A stretch of 63,992 nt of DNA, filler included, from Reticulomyxa filosa (GCA_000512085.1; 24 parts of 24 records of this genome joined end to end with filler, not necessarily neighbours in it); one strand, 5' to 3'; positions 37,827 to 51,360 are shown, counted from the first letter of the whole stretch. Notes: generated by a model not told the origin, from the sequence alone. Translations and numbers: made by a program.

Positions 37827-38980
37827 TCATTGATTTGTAGTGAATATCATCTTTCGTTTTGCTTGCAATGTCTCTATATTCCATTCTCCCAGCACTATAC
37901 TATATATCTTCCATGCTTCTTCAAAATATTTGTTTGATATTTCTGTCTTTTCAACTGTCATAAATACTAGTCCCAAATTCCAATGTAAATCGGCATTAAA
38001 TATATTTGTACTTCCGAATATTTTTTTTCTTATTGTCAACGCATTTTCATAGTATTCAACTGCTTTTTCATATTCTTTTTTGTCATGGTAGGCCATTCCA
38101 AGAAAATAATAGCCTATGATGACATAATGGTAAAACTCAAAATTATCACTTGCAATTTGCACATATTTTTGCGAATAAGCAACGGATTCATCAAACAATC
38201 TTTGTCTTCTACATTCTTCTGCATTATCTTCAAGTTCTTGAAATTGCAATGGAATATCATGATGTATTTTTGTATTCCATGGAATTAAATAAATAAATTG
38301 TTTTAATCGCTCATCAACAATCGCCTTGCTTGTAACAAATATCTGAGTTGTAACGTTTACAAGTCCATCACACTCAAGTTTGCAATCGACAACATATATA
38401 TTTCCATCAATAGCTGCTTTCAATACAACTACTTTCCTTTTTATTACATACATACAATAGTCTTCGAATTTCTTTTTTTTAATTTTATTGTCGTTGGCTA
38501 AAGCAAGTATCGAATACAGATTGTCATTCATGTTTTTATTTAATACAACAACAATTAGTCCTTTCTCTTTATTATGCATCATTTGTTCAACTGTTTTTGC
38601 TGCTTCTGCATTGGATCTTCTCCAATATTTATTCCAATGCTTCCTAAAATCCAATGTCTTGGAGATATTTTCTTTTTCAATAGTTGGTTGATCATCTTCT
38701 TTCATCTTTGAACCACTTTCCCCTATTTGATATGGGCGTTTTGCATCTGAAAACAAAATTAATTATTGTAATAGCAAGATATTCTGTATTACAATAACAA
38801 AACTTGATTGAAATTGGACAGTAAAATGGGCAGGACCATTTTTAAATGAATGGGCCACACTTTCATCGATTTCAATAAGATCACCTTTTTCGCCAATAAT
38901 GGTTATCAATAGATCATCGACATGTGTTCGTTCAACCACTTGAAAGATTTGTTTTTTCAAATGTTCCATTGTCAAATTTG
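37827..38980 (-). CDS. TPR-containing protein of a lineage-expanded family, 5' truncated (intron ~38804-38749)
   Basis: C-terminal TPRs (YYFLGMAYHDKKEYEKAVEYYENALTIRKKIFG; LHWNLGLVF...YFEEAWKIYSIVLGEWNIET); N-terminal exon resembles the PB1-like domain at 62313. Confidence 0.85.
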
Positions 38981-39403
38981 NNNNNNNNNNNNNNNNNNNN
39001 NNNNNNNNNNNNNNNNNNNNNNNNTTAATTAATTAANNNNNNNNNNNNNNNNNNNNNNNNNNNNNNNNNNNNNNNNNNNNTCTTTTTTTAACAATTAAAA
39101 ATATTTTCGGCATCTCATATATCCAAATAATTGAAAATTTGTATATTTCGATCTTACTTAAGTCTGCATTAAAAAAAATTGATTTAGCTCTTACAATAAA
39201 AAAACTTGCAATCATGTAAATTTTTTTTACTTTTGCATTACTAACATTCAACAGTTAGGCATTAATATTGTACAAAGCATATTGATAATATAAAATTATC
39301 AATTTAAAGTCAGTATTTAATTTTTTGTTAAGAACTATTTCAAAAAGGGCCAACCCATTTTTCTGCCATTTGAAGCATTGCTTCAAGAAAAAAGTTAAGA
39401 AAG

Positions 39404-39821
39404 ATGACGACAGATTCCAATCCAAATGACGATAATATCACAAAAAATTTGCTGATTTTGGATGATACCATTAAAAGTTGAGCAAGTGAACATTTTTTTT
39501 TTAAAAAAAAAGTGTGACCATTATTATTACTATTGTATATTTTTAACAGAGGGACCTAACTGTGCATCGAGTTTTTATACTCATAAAAATAACTGGTTCC
39601 ATCGTCTCCGAGCTGAGATTTTAACTCCTAAAGACTGTATTCACAATGAAACTGATGGTAACTCATACTTTCGATACGATAAAGCAGCCGAGACAAGCGG
39701 GATCTCGATGATCATTATAATTGCAGTGACTTTTGTGATGCTCATTTTAATTTCGATTGGATGGCGTTCGAAGAATCCATATATAACTGATTGGTTCCGT
39801 ATTATTGCAACTTACTCAGCC
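39404..39821 (+). CDS. Hypothetical membrane protein, first two exons (39404-39476, ~39550-39821)
   Basis: In-phase GT-AG splice; TM segment GISMIIIIAVTFVMLILISIGW; donor GTATGA at ~39822. Confidence 0.5.
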
Positions 39822-40200
39822 GGTATGATTTATATCAAACCAATCTTTTTTTTTTTGAACGTGAAGGAAAACTTTTTCGTGTGCATTGACTTGTATACTA
39901 TTATAGCAACGCTGCTGTTTATATTTATTTTGCAGCTAGCTCCTTCGACACCAGGCTTTAGTAGTTAAAAATGAAGTTTTTTTGTTGTTGTTGGAAGTTT
40001 TTTTGTTATTATATACGTGGTGGGGGCCTTCGCGCTCACATTTTTGTGCACGGTATATGGTATCTTCAAAAAAAAAAAAAGGATTTGTTGGATTTGCGGT
40101 NNNNNNNNNNNNNNNNNNNNNNNNNNNNNNNNNNNNNNNNNNNNTTAATTAATTAANNNNNNNNNNNNNNNNNNNNNNNNNNNNNNNNNNNNNNNNNNNN

Positions 40201-40710
40201 TGAATGTCCATTGAATGATTGAATTTGTTTGTTGTTATCAACATCCCATACACGAACTGTATTATCATCTGACCCAGAACAAATGAATTGACAATCATCA
40301 AATGTTGGATAATCAATGTTCCATACAATATCTGTATGTCCAGTGAATGTATTGATTAATTTGGATGATGAACGAAATGTGTCAAACATGAAGATAGTAT
40401 AAATCTATGTTAAATAATATTGGAATATTTTGATTTGCGTTTAAGAAAAGAATGAACAAATGAACTAACATAATTAACAATAAGTTTGTCAAAATCTTTG
40501 ATCCATCCTAATTTAATGTTTAATGTTCGAATCCAATGGAGAATAATTGTTTGGATCTCTTCTTCTTTTGACTGTTTCAATCATAAAGCAAAATGAGAAA
40601 AATAAGAAGAAGAAAAACGTAAAAAAACAGCTTAAACGAAACTTTCATTACTAAGCTAAAGTATCTTCTTTTTTTTTCTTGAGATGAACTTTGATGATGA
40701 GAAAGATACT
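40201..40710 (-). CDS. WD40-repeat protein (expanded family), partial
   Basis: HWIRTLNIKLGWIKDFDK exon, then MFDTFRSSSKLINTFTGHTDIVWNIDY...ICSGSDDNTVRVWD. Confidence 0.9.
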
Positions 40711-41639
40711 TTTTTTTTTTTACGCTCACGAATGGTCAATAAAAATTTCTTTTTTTTTCTATAGGAAAGAGTTCTTTTTTTTGCCATTGCAAAAATTAAC
40801 AAACGTCTAAATTATACAAAGAGAATATGAATTTCTTATTATTTTTACTTCTTTACTAGCAAAGAAGACTTTGATTCTCCTTAAAAAAATTTTTCTTGGA
40901 GTCAACAAGAATTGTTTTGTTTTAATTTCTAGTTACTCAAAATTATAGTAAATGGATAATTGAATGCACAAGAACGTGTAATTGAATATGAATTATTACT
41001 TTTTAAAATTCATTCCAAACAATTACTATCAATAGTTTACGAGTCATTTCCAGACTGAATCATTGAATTTAGAGTTATTCTTTGCCCAATCAAGTTATCT
41101 TTTATTATATGTTGATTTAATCAACCCTTTTTTTTTTTCTTCCAAGTTTTTCAAATCAAAAACAGAAGGATAAATTAATGTCCAATTTAGAAATTGTTTG
41201 CAAGTGGCCATTTTTTCTACTCCAATTTTATCCTTTTCTAACAAAAGTTCACGCCAGAAAAAAAACTAGATGAAAAATTGGATTAAAATTAACTTTTTGA
41301 GTACAAATAATTTGTATTTTCTATTTTAAAAATAACAAAAAACTTAATTATTAAACTATTTCAAATTAATTGATGAAGATATATAATTTATGCACTTGAT
41401 GATTTACTCAGTTTTAATATTTTATTTAAAATCTTTGAAATAATGCTATTTTCATTTAATCTTTTCAAAGAATAGAATGACAATATGGAAAAAGTTTGAA
41501 GGCAAACAGCGAAGTAATTAAATCAATAAATGTGCTTTGAAAAGAATTGTATTGTATTTTATGATCCTTTGTAAAAATTTTACTCAAATCAATAATTGGT
41601 CATTCGGAGACACATTCTTTATATTTTGAATATTTTCTT

Positions 41640-42120
41640 CTTTTTCATTGTTTTCTTGTTCATGTGGGTGATACATCTGATTGAATCTCTAGACAATGCC
41701 CTCCAATGAATTTTCGTCCACTTATTGATATTGAATTGCACATACAGTGTTTGCAATGTCTGATAGAATGTATTTGCCTTTACTTTGTGGCCATCGCCTT
41801 CTTGTCATCACCGAATAATTTCAATACTGATGTCACTGATCGTAATGAATTTCTATCAACTGGTGTGAATACAATTGTTGATGATATTCTACATAAGTAT
41901 TCTCGTCGCTGTTTTCTAGTTGCTTTACATATCGTTGTATCATCTAACTGCTTCTCCTTCGCAGCAGTTTGTTCATTTTCCGATGTCAAGTCTCTTGGCC
42001 ATACAATACTTGACATTGTAATTTCATTTTTTAATTTTATTTTTAAAATTCGAATCCAGTATTCAATAATAAACTTTATATTATGTTTTGACTCCCTTTA
42101 TGACGAATATTTTATAATTT
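41640..42120 (-). pseudogene. Decayed gene fragment of a multicopy family
   Basis: Coding-like stretch (MIQRYVKQLENSDENTYVEYHQQLYSHQLIEIHYDQ) interrupted by stops. Confidence 0.35.
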
Positions 42121-42302
42121 GAAGATTTTTGAATGTCGTTACTGATTATTGTGATATTCAAATATTTTACAAAATGTAATATTTATCTTTTATTTCAAAA
42201 TATTTCTTAGTTCAGTTTTTCCTTTTATAAACAAAAATTCAAGCATTTTTTTTAATCTTACATCAAAGAACATCTCAAGAGAAAAGTAAAAAAAGTTGCA
42301 GA

Positions 42303-43102
42303 ATGAACTTAAACTTATCAATTAAAGTTGAGTCCAACTTGTCTTTAAGTTTTTACTCTTTATTTTACTTATCGCTGTAATCTATAATTGAAACAGTCAA
42401 AAGAAGAAGATGTCCAAATAATTATTCATCATTGGATTCGAACATTAGACATTAAATTAGGATGGATCGAAGATTTTGACAAAATCGTTGTCAATTATGT
42501 TAGTTAATTTGTCCTTTCTTTTTTTAAAATGAACCAAAATATTAAAATGTTTATTTTACATAGGTATATGTTGTTTTTATGTTTGACACATTTCGTTCAT
42601 CATCCAAATTAATCAATGCATTCACTGGACATACAAGTGCTGTGTCGAGTATTGACTATTCAACATTTGATGATTGTCGATTCATTTGTTCTGGATCATT
42701 TGATGAAACAGTTTGTGCATGGGATATTGATAACAATAAGAAAATTCAATCATTCAATAGACATTCATCCTTTGTGTATTGTGTGAAATTTTCATCATAT
42801 CATTATCATAATCATCGTCGATATGTCATTTGTTTTTCATCATTTGACAATATCATTCGTTTTTGGGATTTCAAAAATAATAAAAAATTACAAATATTCA
42901 ATAGACACACTGATAGTGCTTGTGGAATTGAATTTTCATCATTTAATGGTGGTAGATATTTGTGTTCTGGATCATGGGACAAAACAATTTGTTTATGGGA
43001 TGTTAAAACATCCAAACCATTACATGTTTTCAATGGACATGAAAATAGAATTGAGTGTATTGATATTTCACCATTACAAAGCAATAATAACAATGGTAAT
43101 AA
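42303..43102 (+). CDS. WD40-repeat protein (expanded family), partial
   Basis: HWIRTLDIKLGWIEDFDK; MFDTFRSSSKLINAFTGHT; several GH...WD repeats (YLCSGSWDKTICLWD). Confidence 0.92.
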
Positions 43103-43202
43103 NNNNNNNNNNNNNNNNNNNNNNNNNNNNNNNNNNNNNNNNNNNNTTAATTAATTAANNNNNNNNNNNNNNNNNNNNNNNNNNNNNNNNNNNNNNNNNN
43201 NN

Positions 43203-44720
43203 CATTTTGTGAAGTGCTGAACAAACTTCGCAAGGCCAAGCCATTGTATCCAAATCGAGTGCACAAAACACCCTCAATTTAAATGAAAAGAGTAATTTGT
43301 GGACGCTTTGCAAAGAGGAGAATTGAGGAACAGAAACGATCACAGTCCAGATTGAAACTATCAAGACAATAAAGACATAGACAGCCAAAATGAAAGAATT
43401 GATAAGGCAATACTGTCCCAGAGATATTTTTGTTTTTTTTTTACTTTGTTTCTTGATTTGTACATACTCTTATTTTTACGTATTTTCACAACAACAAAAT
43501 AGCACTCAATTAAAGTCCTTCTTGCAATTTCCATTGCACCAAATGACCGTGTGGTCACTTATCAAATTTTCGCAATCCATCACATGCAATATGTATATCG
43601 AACGCAAAGACAACTATTACGAAGACAGGCTGATGAGGCAAAAGCATATAGAAATTTTTTTTGGTCAAGAGTTGAAGATCATTGATCCATTCATTGTTAA
43701 ATCAAATTCGAATTGCAGATTAGTTTAGTCAATACATTTTCTTTTCTTTTTACTATTAGCAACAACAATGATAATGACTAGTACACGTATATATTTGTAT
43801 ATATAAGGCCCAATTACATTTTGAATTAACAACGTTAGAAAATGATCTAAAGCAAGTATAAACGGAAATGGATCACTCATTGTCGTTGCTATTAATTAAT
43901 TTGAACAGCAATAAGCATGAGATGCAACATTTTGTCGATTTGTCCGTCAACAATACATGGAAATTGTACAATTTTGAAGATCTGTAACGAAAAAGAGTTT
44001 TATTGCAGTCGCAAGGCATTTACTCGGAAGATCTAGATGCACAGAAAGAAAAATTGTTGAGTATTTGAGTTACGAAAAAACTTCATTACACATAAATAAA
44101 TACATAAAAGCGAATGCGTAAGTATATATTTTCTTTTAAGTGCTTTTTTTGTGCTAAGATGCGACAATGAAACAGAAGCATTGATACAAGTGGACGTAGT
44201 AATGACAAAAAACAGTGACAATATTTTGAAGATTGTGGCAATATTTTCAGAATTAAAGCAGGAATTCCTATTTTGATTATGGGAGAACAGTTAATCTTTT
44301 TTTTAAAAAAATGTTGATAAAGCAAAATCAAAAACAAACAACAGCAAGAACAACAAAAATGAATAAAACAATGCACTAAAATATAGTATGTGCTCACGGT
44401 GGGCACGGAATACAGTTGCAACAAGATTTGCAGCAACCTCTGAAAAGTGCAGAAGAATGGCATGTAAGGATTCAATTGATATTTTTGAACGAAATCAATA
44501 CAAATCATGACGTTGTTACGCTCAAAGAAGTATTTTGTGATCATAATCCGAAGGGAAAAAAATTTCCGGCAAACGTTGTGATCATATGTGCATTAAACCC
44601 TTTCCGAAATTGCAGAGAACAATGAAAAGGGTCTCAATGTCAACAAATATTACATTGACGACTTGGATAAAGAAATGGGAGATATGTGTTAAACTTTGAC
44701 CCATGTCCGAGTCCGACGAG
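43203..44720 (+). pseudogene. RNF213/mysterin-like AAA+ ATPase pseudogene fragment
   Basis: DNILKIVAIF/RIKAGIPILIMGE (Walker A lost) and LIFLNEINT...LKEVFCDH...FPANVVIICALNPFR; many stops and frameshifts. Confidence 0.75.
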
Positions 44721-44882
44721 TAACAATACATTACATCATTACCACCAATTNNNNNNNNNNNNNNNNNNNNNNNNNNNNNNNNNNNNNNNNNNNNTTAATT
44801 AATTAANNNNNNNNNNNNNNNNNNNNNNNNNNNNNNNNNNNNNNNNNNNNATGAATTTGTTTGTTTCATTGGATAAATGCAC

Positions 44883-46943
44883 TTTATTGGTTATATAACT
44901 ATTTGTTTCTTCACTGGGATCCAAGTACTCAACAATACCAGCACGAAGCAGATCTTCAAAGGTCATGGAGCGGTCTTTGATGCGACGAATGTGTTCCTGC
45001 GTGAGCAGCGGACGATGCGTGCGCGAGTCGACGATCAAAAGCGGACGACACATGCGGCCAGTGTCGGTGTGTATTTCGACATACTTCCAAGGATAGTCTG
45101 GCGCGCAGTTGTTGACGGTGACGCTGACGTATGGACTGATCTTTTGTTTGCGCCGCAAGAGTCGCAAGGACTGCGCGAGCGCAGGGCCATCGCGGCAGTA
45201 GCCGAAGCACAAGCCATTGAGCCAGACAGTGTAGGTGGATCGAGGATCGTGATGATGCACGTACTTGAAGGACTGCACGCCGAGACAAAAGCAAAGCTGT
45301 TGCAACACAGCGGACGACATTTGCGTGAATGTGACGATAGTGGTGAGAGACAAGTTTTTATCGAGTCCACACTTTTCACCTTCGGGAGTGTCGGATGGAC
45401 ATACCATGGACCAATGAGAGCCATGAATAGCTCGAGGGCCACTGGTCTTTCTCGTCTTATCGACGGACGCGGCTATCTTAGTTAAATGTCCCAACGCACT
45501 AATATACGACAATCGCGTAAGCAGTTGCGTGACGCCAATGCGGCCAGCACGACCAGCCGCGGAAGACGAAGATGACGAAGATGATGATGATGATGATGAT
45601 GATGATGACGATGATGATGATGATGATGAAGACGATGAGGTCGTCCAATTGCCTGTGGCCAATGCTTGCTCCATTCCATGTGTGATATACGAGTGCACTG
45701 ATTTGAGCAATGCCTCCATCTGGAACTTTTGCGTAGTGTTGCGACGCTTCAGCATTTCATCGGCTCTACGCTGCAACATCGAATTCATACCTCGAAAGCG
45801 ATCTTCGAACAACTGCGAGATCAGATAACCACTCAACTCCAATCTCTTCAATCCAAAGTTGTCTCGATCATCCACCAAGCTCTTGTCCTTATGTAATGCC
45901 AACAGCAACTTCCTTGCCATCAATCCCAGCATCACTGCTTTATGCAACGTGCATATCGACTCATTGTTCAATGCCTCGTCGTACGTCACATCGTATCCCA
46001 GCTCCACACTTGACAACAGAAACTTATCCACCACTGCAATGCCATCAAAGAACTTGGACGACCACGCCTCAGCCGCATTGCCATTCTCTGGCCCATTCTC
46101 GCCAATGTGTCGTATTCGCGTGCCAATGTACACGCGTGCCAACATCCGCGTCGTCACCACAAGCTCCTCGTCCCTTCCCGGTATGCTCACCTTCGCCTCC
46201 TTGCCTGCTTGCAACGTCGGCGCTATCTCGTCTAACAAGTCGCTGCCCACGTACTCGACAATCTCCTGGTCCGACTCCACATTCATCGCTCGGAACACCA
46301 CCGCCAACGGCAAGTCCGCCGTCAAGTTCAAGTGTCGAAGGTACAATGCTCCGTTCTTCACGTATAATGTCGTACGCGTTTTCATCTTTGAAGCCGAACT
46401 TTGGTTTATTACATATACATATATACATATATATAAATATATAAATATATATATTTATATATTAAATATATGTATATACATATATTTATTTATTTACTGA
46501 GAAGTAAGGTAGGCACTAAGTGATTTCAGCTTTTCATCATGTAAAATAGCAATACGGGTCTTTGGGGCTTGCTCTTGATTAATAATAGCCCGCTCTTTTC
46601 CTTTTATGATGAAATAACCCCCTGGGTCGTAAATGCATTCACCCATCTCTGCTTGCTCTTTTTCCGATTTCCCGAACAAGTGGCATTGCTTCGACCTTAC
46701 CATAATTGGAATGCTGCCGATGTACGCTCTTTTCACACGCACGTACCGGTTATTGTCTCCTGGGAAGGGGTACAGCACATCCACGTACACCGGCGCTGAG
46801 TATGTCATTCCGCGGATTCGACACTCTTGGGGGGTAAATGGCCGTCCCTCCAATTGGCCTGGCCCTATTTTTCTTGGGATTCCGATTGTCAGTTTCTCAT
46901 AGTGCACATACAATGATTCATCTTCGCTGAATACGAGACGACG
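44883..46943 (-). CDS. POLR3B: RNA polymerase III second-largest subunit (RPC2), internal exons 46943-46498 and 46398-44883
   Basis: TPQECRIRGMTYSAP, IGSIPIMVRS, ECIYDPGGYFIIKGKE, FRAMNVESDQEI, DDRDNFGLKRLELSG, GVTQLLTRLSYISALG, KTRKTSGPR, VCPSDTPEGEKCGL; several of these are Pol III-type. In-phase intron 46399-46497. Confidence 0.88.
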
Positions 46944-47149
46944 NNNNNNNNNNNNNNNNNNNNNNNNNNNNNNNNNNNNNNNNNNNNTTAATTAATTAAN
47001 NNNNNNNNNNNNNNNNNNNNNNNNNNNNNNNNNNNNNNNNNNNTTTTTTTTTTAACTTGGTCCCTTCTTGGAAAAATGTTTGTTGTTGTTTGCTTATTAT
47101 CCCTTTCATTTTAAATTTTATTAACTGGCCATTTCGTGCCGAATTATCA

Positions 47150-47960
47150 TTAACAGTAGATGTGTGAGTGAAAATTGTACAGTCTGTTTGAGTTGGGAGC
47201 GAGTGACACAAAACGCCACATATTGTCTGTCACTACAAACGTTTTTGGTGCAAACCCTAACAAAATATTTGTTGCAGCGAAAACCGGAATGGTACTTGCC
47301 AAAAAGAATATATAAACTGGGCAGAGATTATAGTAAGTGCGAAAATAAAGAAAAAATACTTGATATAGGTATACGTGCAGTAGTGTGGACACTAATGTTT
47401 ACGAGCGAAGTTCGAACATTGAACACTTGGAAGTGCTCAAATAAACAATCAAGAGCAACATTTGATCTAAATTTAAGTGAAGTATGGATTTATATAATCA
47501 CGATGTAGTGTCAATGATACAAACCAACGACTTGTAAATGATCAACTATCACCCCAAGGTTGCGGCAAAAAGAACATAGATTCGAAAATCCGCAACAAAG
47601 CCATCTGGAGTCTCAGCAACGTAATGGCCTAATCAAAGAAGGCAATGAGGAAAGAGTATTCTTTAAGGAGGCAACATTCGGATATCGTAAAACGTGATGA
47701 TCACAAAAGGGTAGTCTAAAGATTGTCATGAAAAGTAAGTGATGAGTTTTAGTGAAAAGGAAGCTCAATAAGTAATGTCCCAATCGAGCACTCCAAGCGA
47801 TGTTGGATGTTTTTATGGAATTAATCACTTATCCGGGGGGGCCCCAAGTGTAAAGTAGACGTATTCTATTCGGGTTATAGACCCCTAGCGGCAATCAATG
47901 AGGAAACTGGAATATGCTGTAGAAGCAATAATCACAACGGGACATTTTTCAATCCTAATA
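47150..47960 (+). mobile_element. Possible highly decayed retroelement/pseudogene remnant
   Basis: Coding-like composition with many stops; SMRKLEYAVE only weakly recalls a non-LTR RT thumb region. Confidence 0.2.
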
Positions 47961-48840
47961 CAAATGAAAGCGACAATTTGAGTCAAAATAATAATGATGA
48001 CAAAAAGATACAAATATGGAATAACGAACAATAAACTTATTTTTAAAATAAAAAAATAGAAACAAATTGCGACTGCTTTCAAGCAGGATACAATGCAAAG
48101 ACAGGATCACGTCTTTATTACATTGATTATTTAGCCAGTTTGCAAAAAGTAGACAAAGTAGCAAATTGCTATTGTGTATTCTTTCTTTTAAGGTTAAGAT
48201 TTACTTTTTTTAGTAGTTGAAAAAATAAATTTAAAATTTATTTTTTTTTGTTCAGTTTATTTGACAGAAATTGAAAGAAAGATATGAACTTAGAAGATGG
48301 ATAAAATTAGTTGACATGTGTATAAAGCAATTGAACAGTCGTTTATTAGTTAACATGACAAAATTTGTCGATAAAGACTGTACGCAAAAATTTCATGTGA
48401 GGCTCCACGGGGACACAAAGATGTCAAAATGAAAGAGCCTGAAAATAAATTGCACCAAAGTCCTAGCGACGTTTAATTAAATGCAACGCATCAACATAAA
48501 GTAATTATGTTCTCAATCAATTAACTTTTGATTAAATGTGAATAAGGTTTTTTTAACCTTGATAACTTTTTGTTCTATCAATATTTTTTGGATGATTCAA
48601 TTAAAAAAAGCAAGTCAAAAATTTATATTATGTCTTCGTAGTATGCAAAGTATAAAAGTTATTGAATAAAAACAAGTTGTTTCAATTAAAATACACTAGA
48701 TTGCAAAAAAAACCGCCATACCTAAATGGCACTATATGAANNNNNNNNNNNNNNNNNNNNNNNNNNNNNNNNNNNNNNNNNNNNTTAATTAATTAANNNN
48801 NNNNNNNNNNNNNNNNNNNNNNNNNNNNNNNNNNNNNNNN

Positions 48841-49094
48841 AATATATTAAAAATGCAATTCAATTGAAAGATATGAATCATTTGTATTGTAATGATAATA
48901 ATACTCTTTCTCCTCGTGAAGGAAATGTATCATCCATTATAAATCATTGGCCATATTTTTCAATTCAAACAGATTCAAACAATAGCTATTTGAAAAATAG
49001 TAATATTGGATATCGAATTCGTGTAGGTGATATTAATTATGAATGGTTTCGAAATCAAGAAACTAAGAGTTTTGTATTTAAAAATCATAAATGA
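48841..49094 (+). CDS. C-terminal fragment of hypothetical protein
   Basis: Open from near the contig start to TGA at 49094, followed by an AT-rich 3' region. Confidence 0.4.
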
Positions 49095-50097
49095 ATATCT
49101 TGATTCCTGTTTGAAATGTTAGTTGTAAAATACATTTAAATTTGGTTATGGGACAACAATAAAATTTGAGGTGTATTAAAAAACTTTTCTTATTTCAATA
49201 AATATTTCTTGATCATAACCATATATAACTTTTTGCAAGAAAAAAAAAAAGCAATTGTATCCATTTTATTTCTTACAAACTGAAATATTTGTTTCAGAAA
49301 ATAAAAATAACTCAATATCGAATGACCAAGTTCGTTGCAAATCACAGCAAGAGTTATGAAATTTAAAATAAACAGTTGTTATCTTGCCATATCAAAATTG
49401 GATGAACACAATCCAATGATGATTTTTACAATAATTTGTTATATTTGATTGAAATTCTTTTTGGAAATCTCATAAAATTGATTATGAACAAGTATATAAA
49501 AAAAGGAATGAAAGAATAGTTTAAAAAAATATAATCGAATTGAGAGACGGTGATAGCAAAGAAATTATGATGTATATTTTATGTAAAATTTGATTCTTTA
49601 TTATCATCACAATGAAAATTTATACAAGTAAATATCCACATCATTCAAACAGGTGCATTCTATCATTATGATGCACCCATTAATGACATCTATTTTCAGT
49701 TAATAGAGCAAGTTTATTTTTATTGATTTTTTTTAAATTGTGAATTATATGCAGGTTTTTTTAATTCATTAAAGCCAAATCAGTCAACAAAATGTTTTCC
49801 CTATCCCCAAATACAAATTAAACCACTCAATGAACCGTAACACANNNNNNNNNNNNNNNNNNNNNNNNNNNNNNNNNNNNNNNNNNNNTTAATTAATTAA
49901 NNNNNNNNNNNNNNNNNNNNNNNNNNNNNNNNNNNNNNNNNNNNCCCAGTTTTTTTTTTTTTTTTTTTTTTAATGTTGTTTGATTCATAATGAGCCCCCT
50001 TTTTTTTTTTTTTTTAACTATGTAAGCATGTCCGTTAGTGTGTACATGGATCGCTATATATGTACGCACATACACACTTACAACAACAAAAACTCAG

Positions 50098-50648
50098 CTG
50101 TTTCTTCGATTCCGAAGACTGCTGGTATTGCAGTTGGAAGAGTCCCGTTGGAAGGGCACAGTCTATGTACCTCCACAAGTCAAATTTTTCCGCTATGTGC
50201 CGTCGGATTACTCCATTGTCAATTTGCAAAGGGTTGTTGTCGACGAAGACAACAGCCATGACTTACCCTATGATCTCAATTATGCTCTTGACTTGATCGT
50301 CAATCATAAAAATTGGCCTGCCAGTTCGCCTTTATTTTTTTACTAAACAAAAAAAAAAAGGGGGTTGGCCTGTGTGTGTCACATTTTTTGTTGAAATTGT
50401 ATTGAATAGTATTGAATGGGTCATTACAAAATGGACACGAAGCATTAAAGGGACATCGATTGAGAGTTTGGATATTGCATAACAAACGCGAGTGGGACAA
50501 ACAAGTCATGAATGTCAATTATTGTACAAAACCACCACCTTTGAAGTTGTTCCAAGCCAACAATTGTTATAAAGACTTGATTAATTTGGACACCATTACT
50601 GATATGACGCCCTATTGGGAAACTGAAAATGAGTCCAAAATACCCTAA
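50098..50648 (+). CDS. Last two exons of hypothetical protein
   Basis: Coding-like exons (~50098-50322, ~50410-50648) separated by a GT...T-tract/A-tract...TAG intron. Confidence 0.55.
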
Positions 50649-51360
50649 TCGAAGTCATTGATTTTACTCTTTGTTCGCACACAGAAGCAACTTTTTTTCT
50701 TTGTTTTTTGGATTTTTTGTAAATCAAGATATTTTCCACAATGGGATGACACTAACAAACACAAACTTATAATCAATGCATTCACCATTTTCTTTTTTTT
50801 TTGTGTTTTGTTGTGCATATTCTTAAATTGTGGTATTATTTTTTAAAAAGCGACAACCTAGGTGGTAGAAACAGTTCGTGTTAATGATTTTCAACTACTT
50901 TCAGTTTTTGATCATATCTCAATAAAAAATTGTACAACATGAACCAGCTGTATGATGCGCTCTCGTGTTTATTACAATTTTGACATATTTTTTAATTTTG
51001 TTCCGATTTTTTATCCACGTTAACACAAAAAAAATTATTTATGTCTTCAATAGATGCATTTTTGGTTTTTTTTGCCCAGAATTTTAAAATCCATTTATTT
51101 GTTTCACAGATACCTTTCATTGCAAAGAGAGGCAAAAAAAAAGACAGCAAAAATTCTCCGAGTGTATCGACAACTTGCCATGAGACAAAGCTGATATTGC
51201 AACCGCTCCGCAATTGCGAACGCACCCGATCACATCACCAGTATATGAAAAGGTGTTGCAATGATAAACTACACCATAAAAGGGAAGAAGAAAATAAAAA
51301 ATTCCCAGAAAAAGGTGAAAACAAAACTGAATTTTCTTTTTTTTAAAAAGAAAAGTTAAT

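Noticed and set aside
40520-40540. GTTCGAATCC T-loop-like motif (also GGTTCGAG at ~36693)
   Set aside because: The first lies in WD40 coding sequence (HWIRTL); neither has a cloverleaf.
43628-43660. CTGATGAG...GAAA hammerhead-like core (also ~19410)
   Set aside because: Stem II is not directly closed before GAAA and stems I/III are missing.
45529-45828. Poly-Asp and poly-His ORFs
   Set aside because: Alternative frames of the RPC2 poly-Ser microsatellite.
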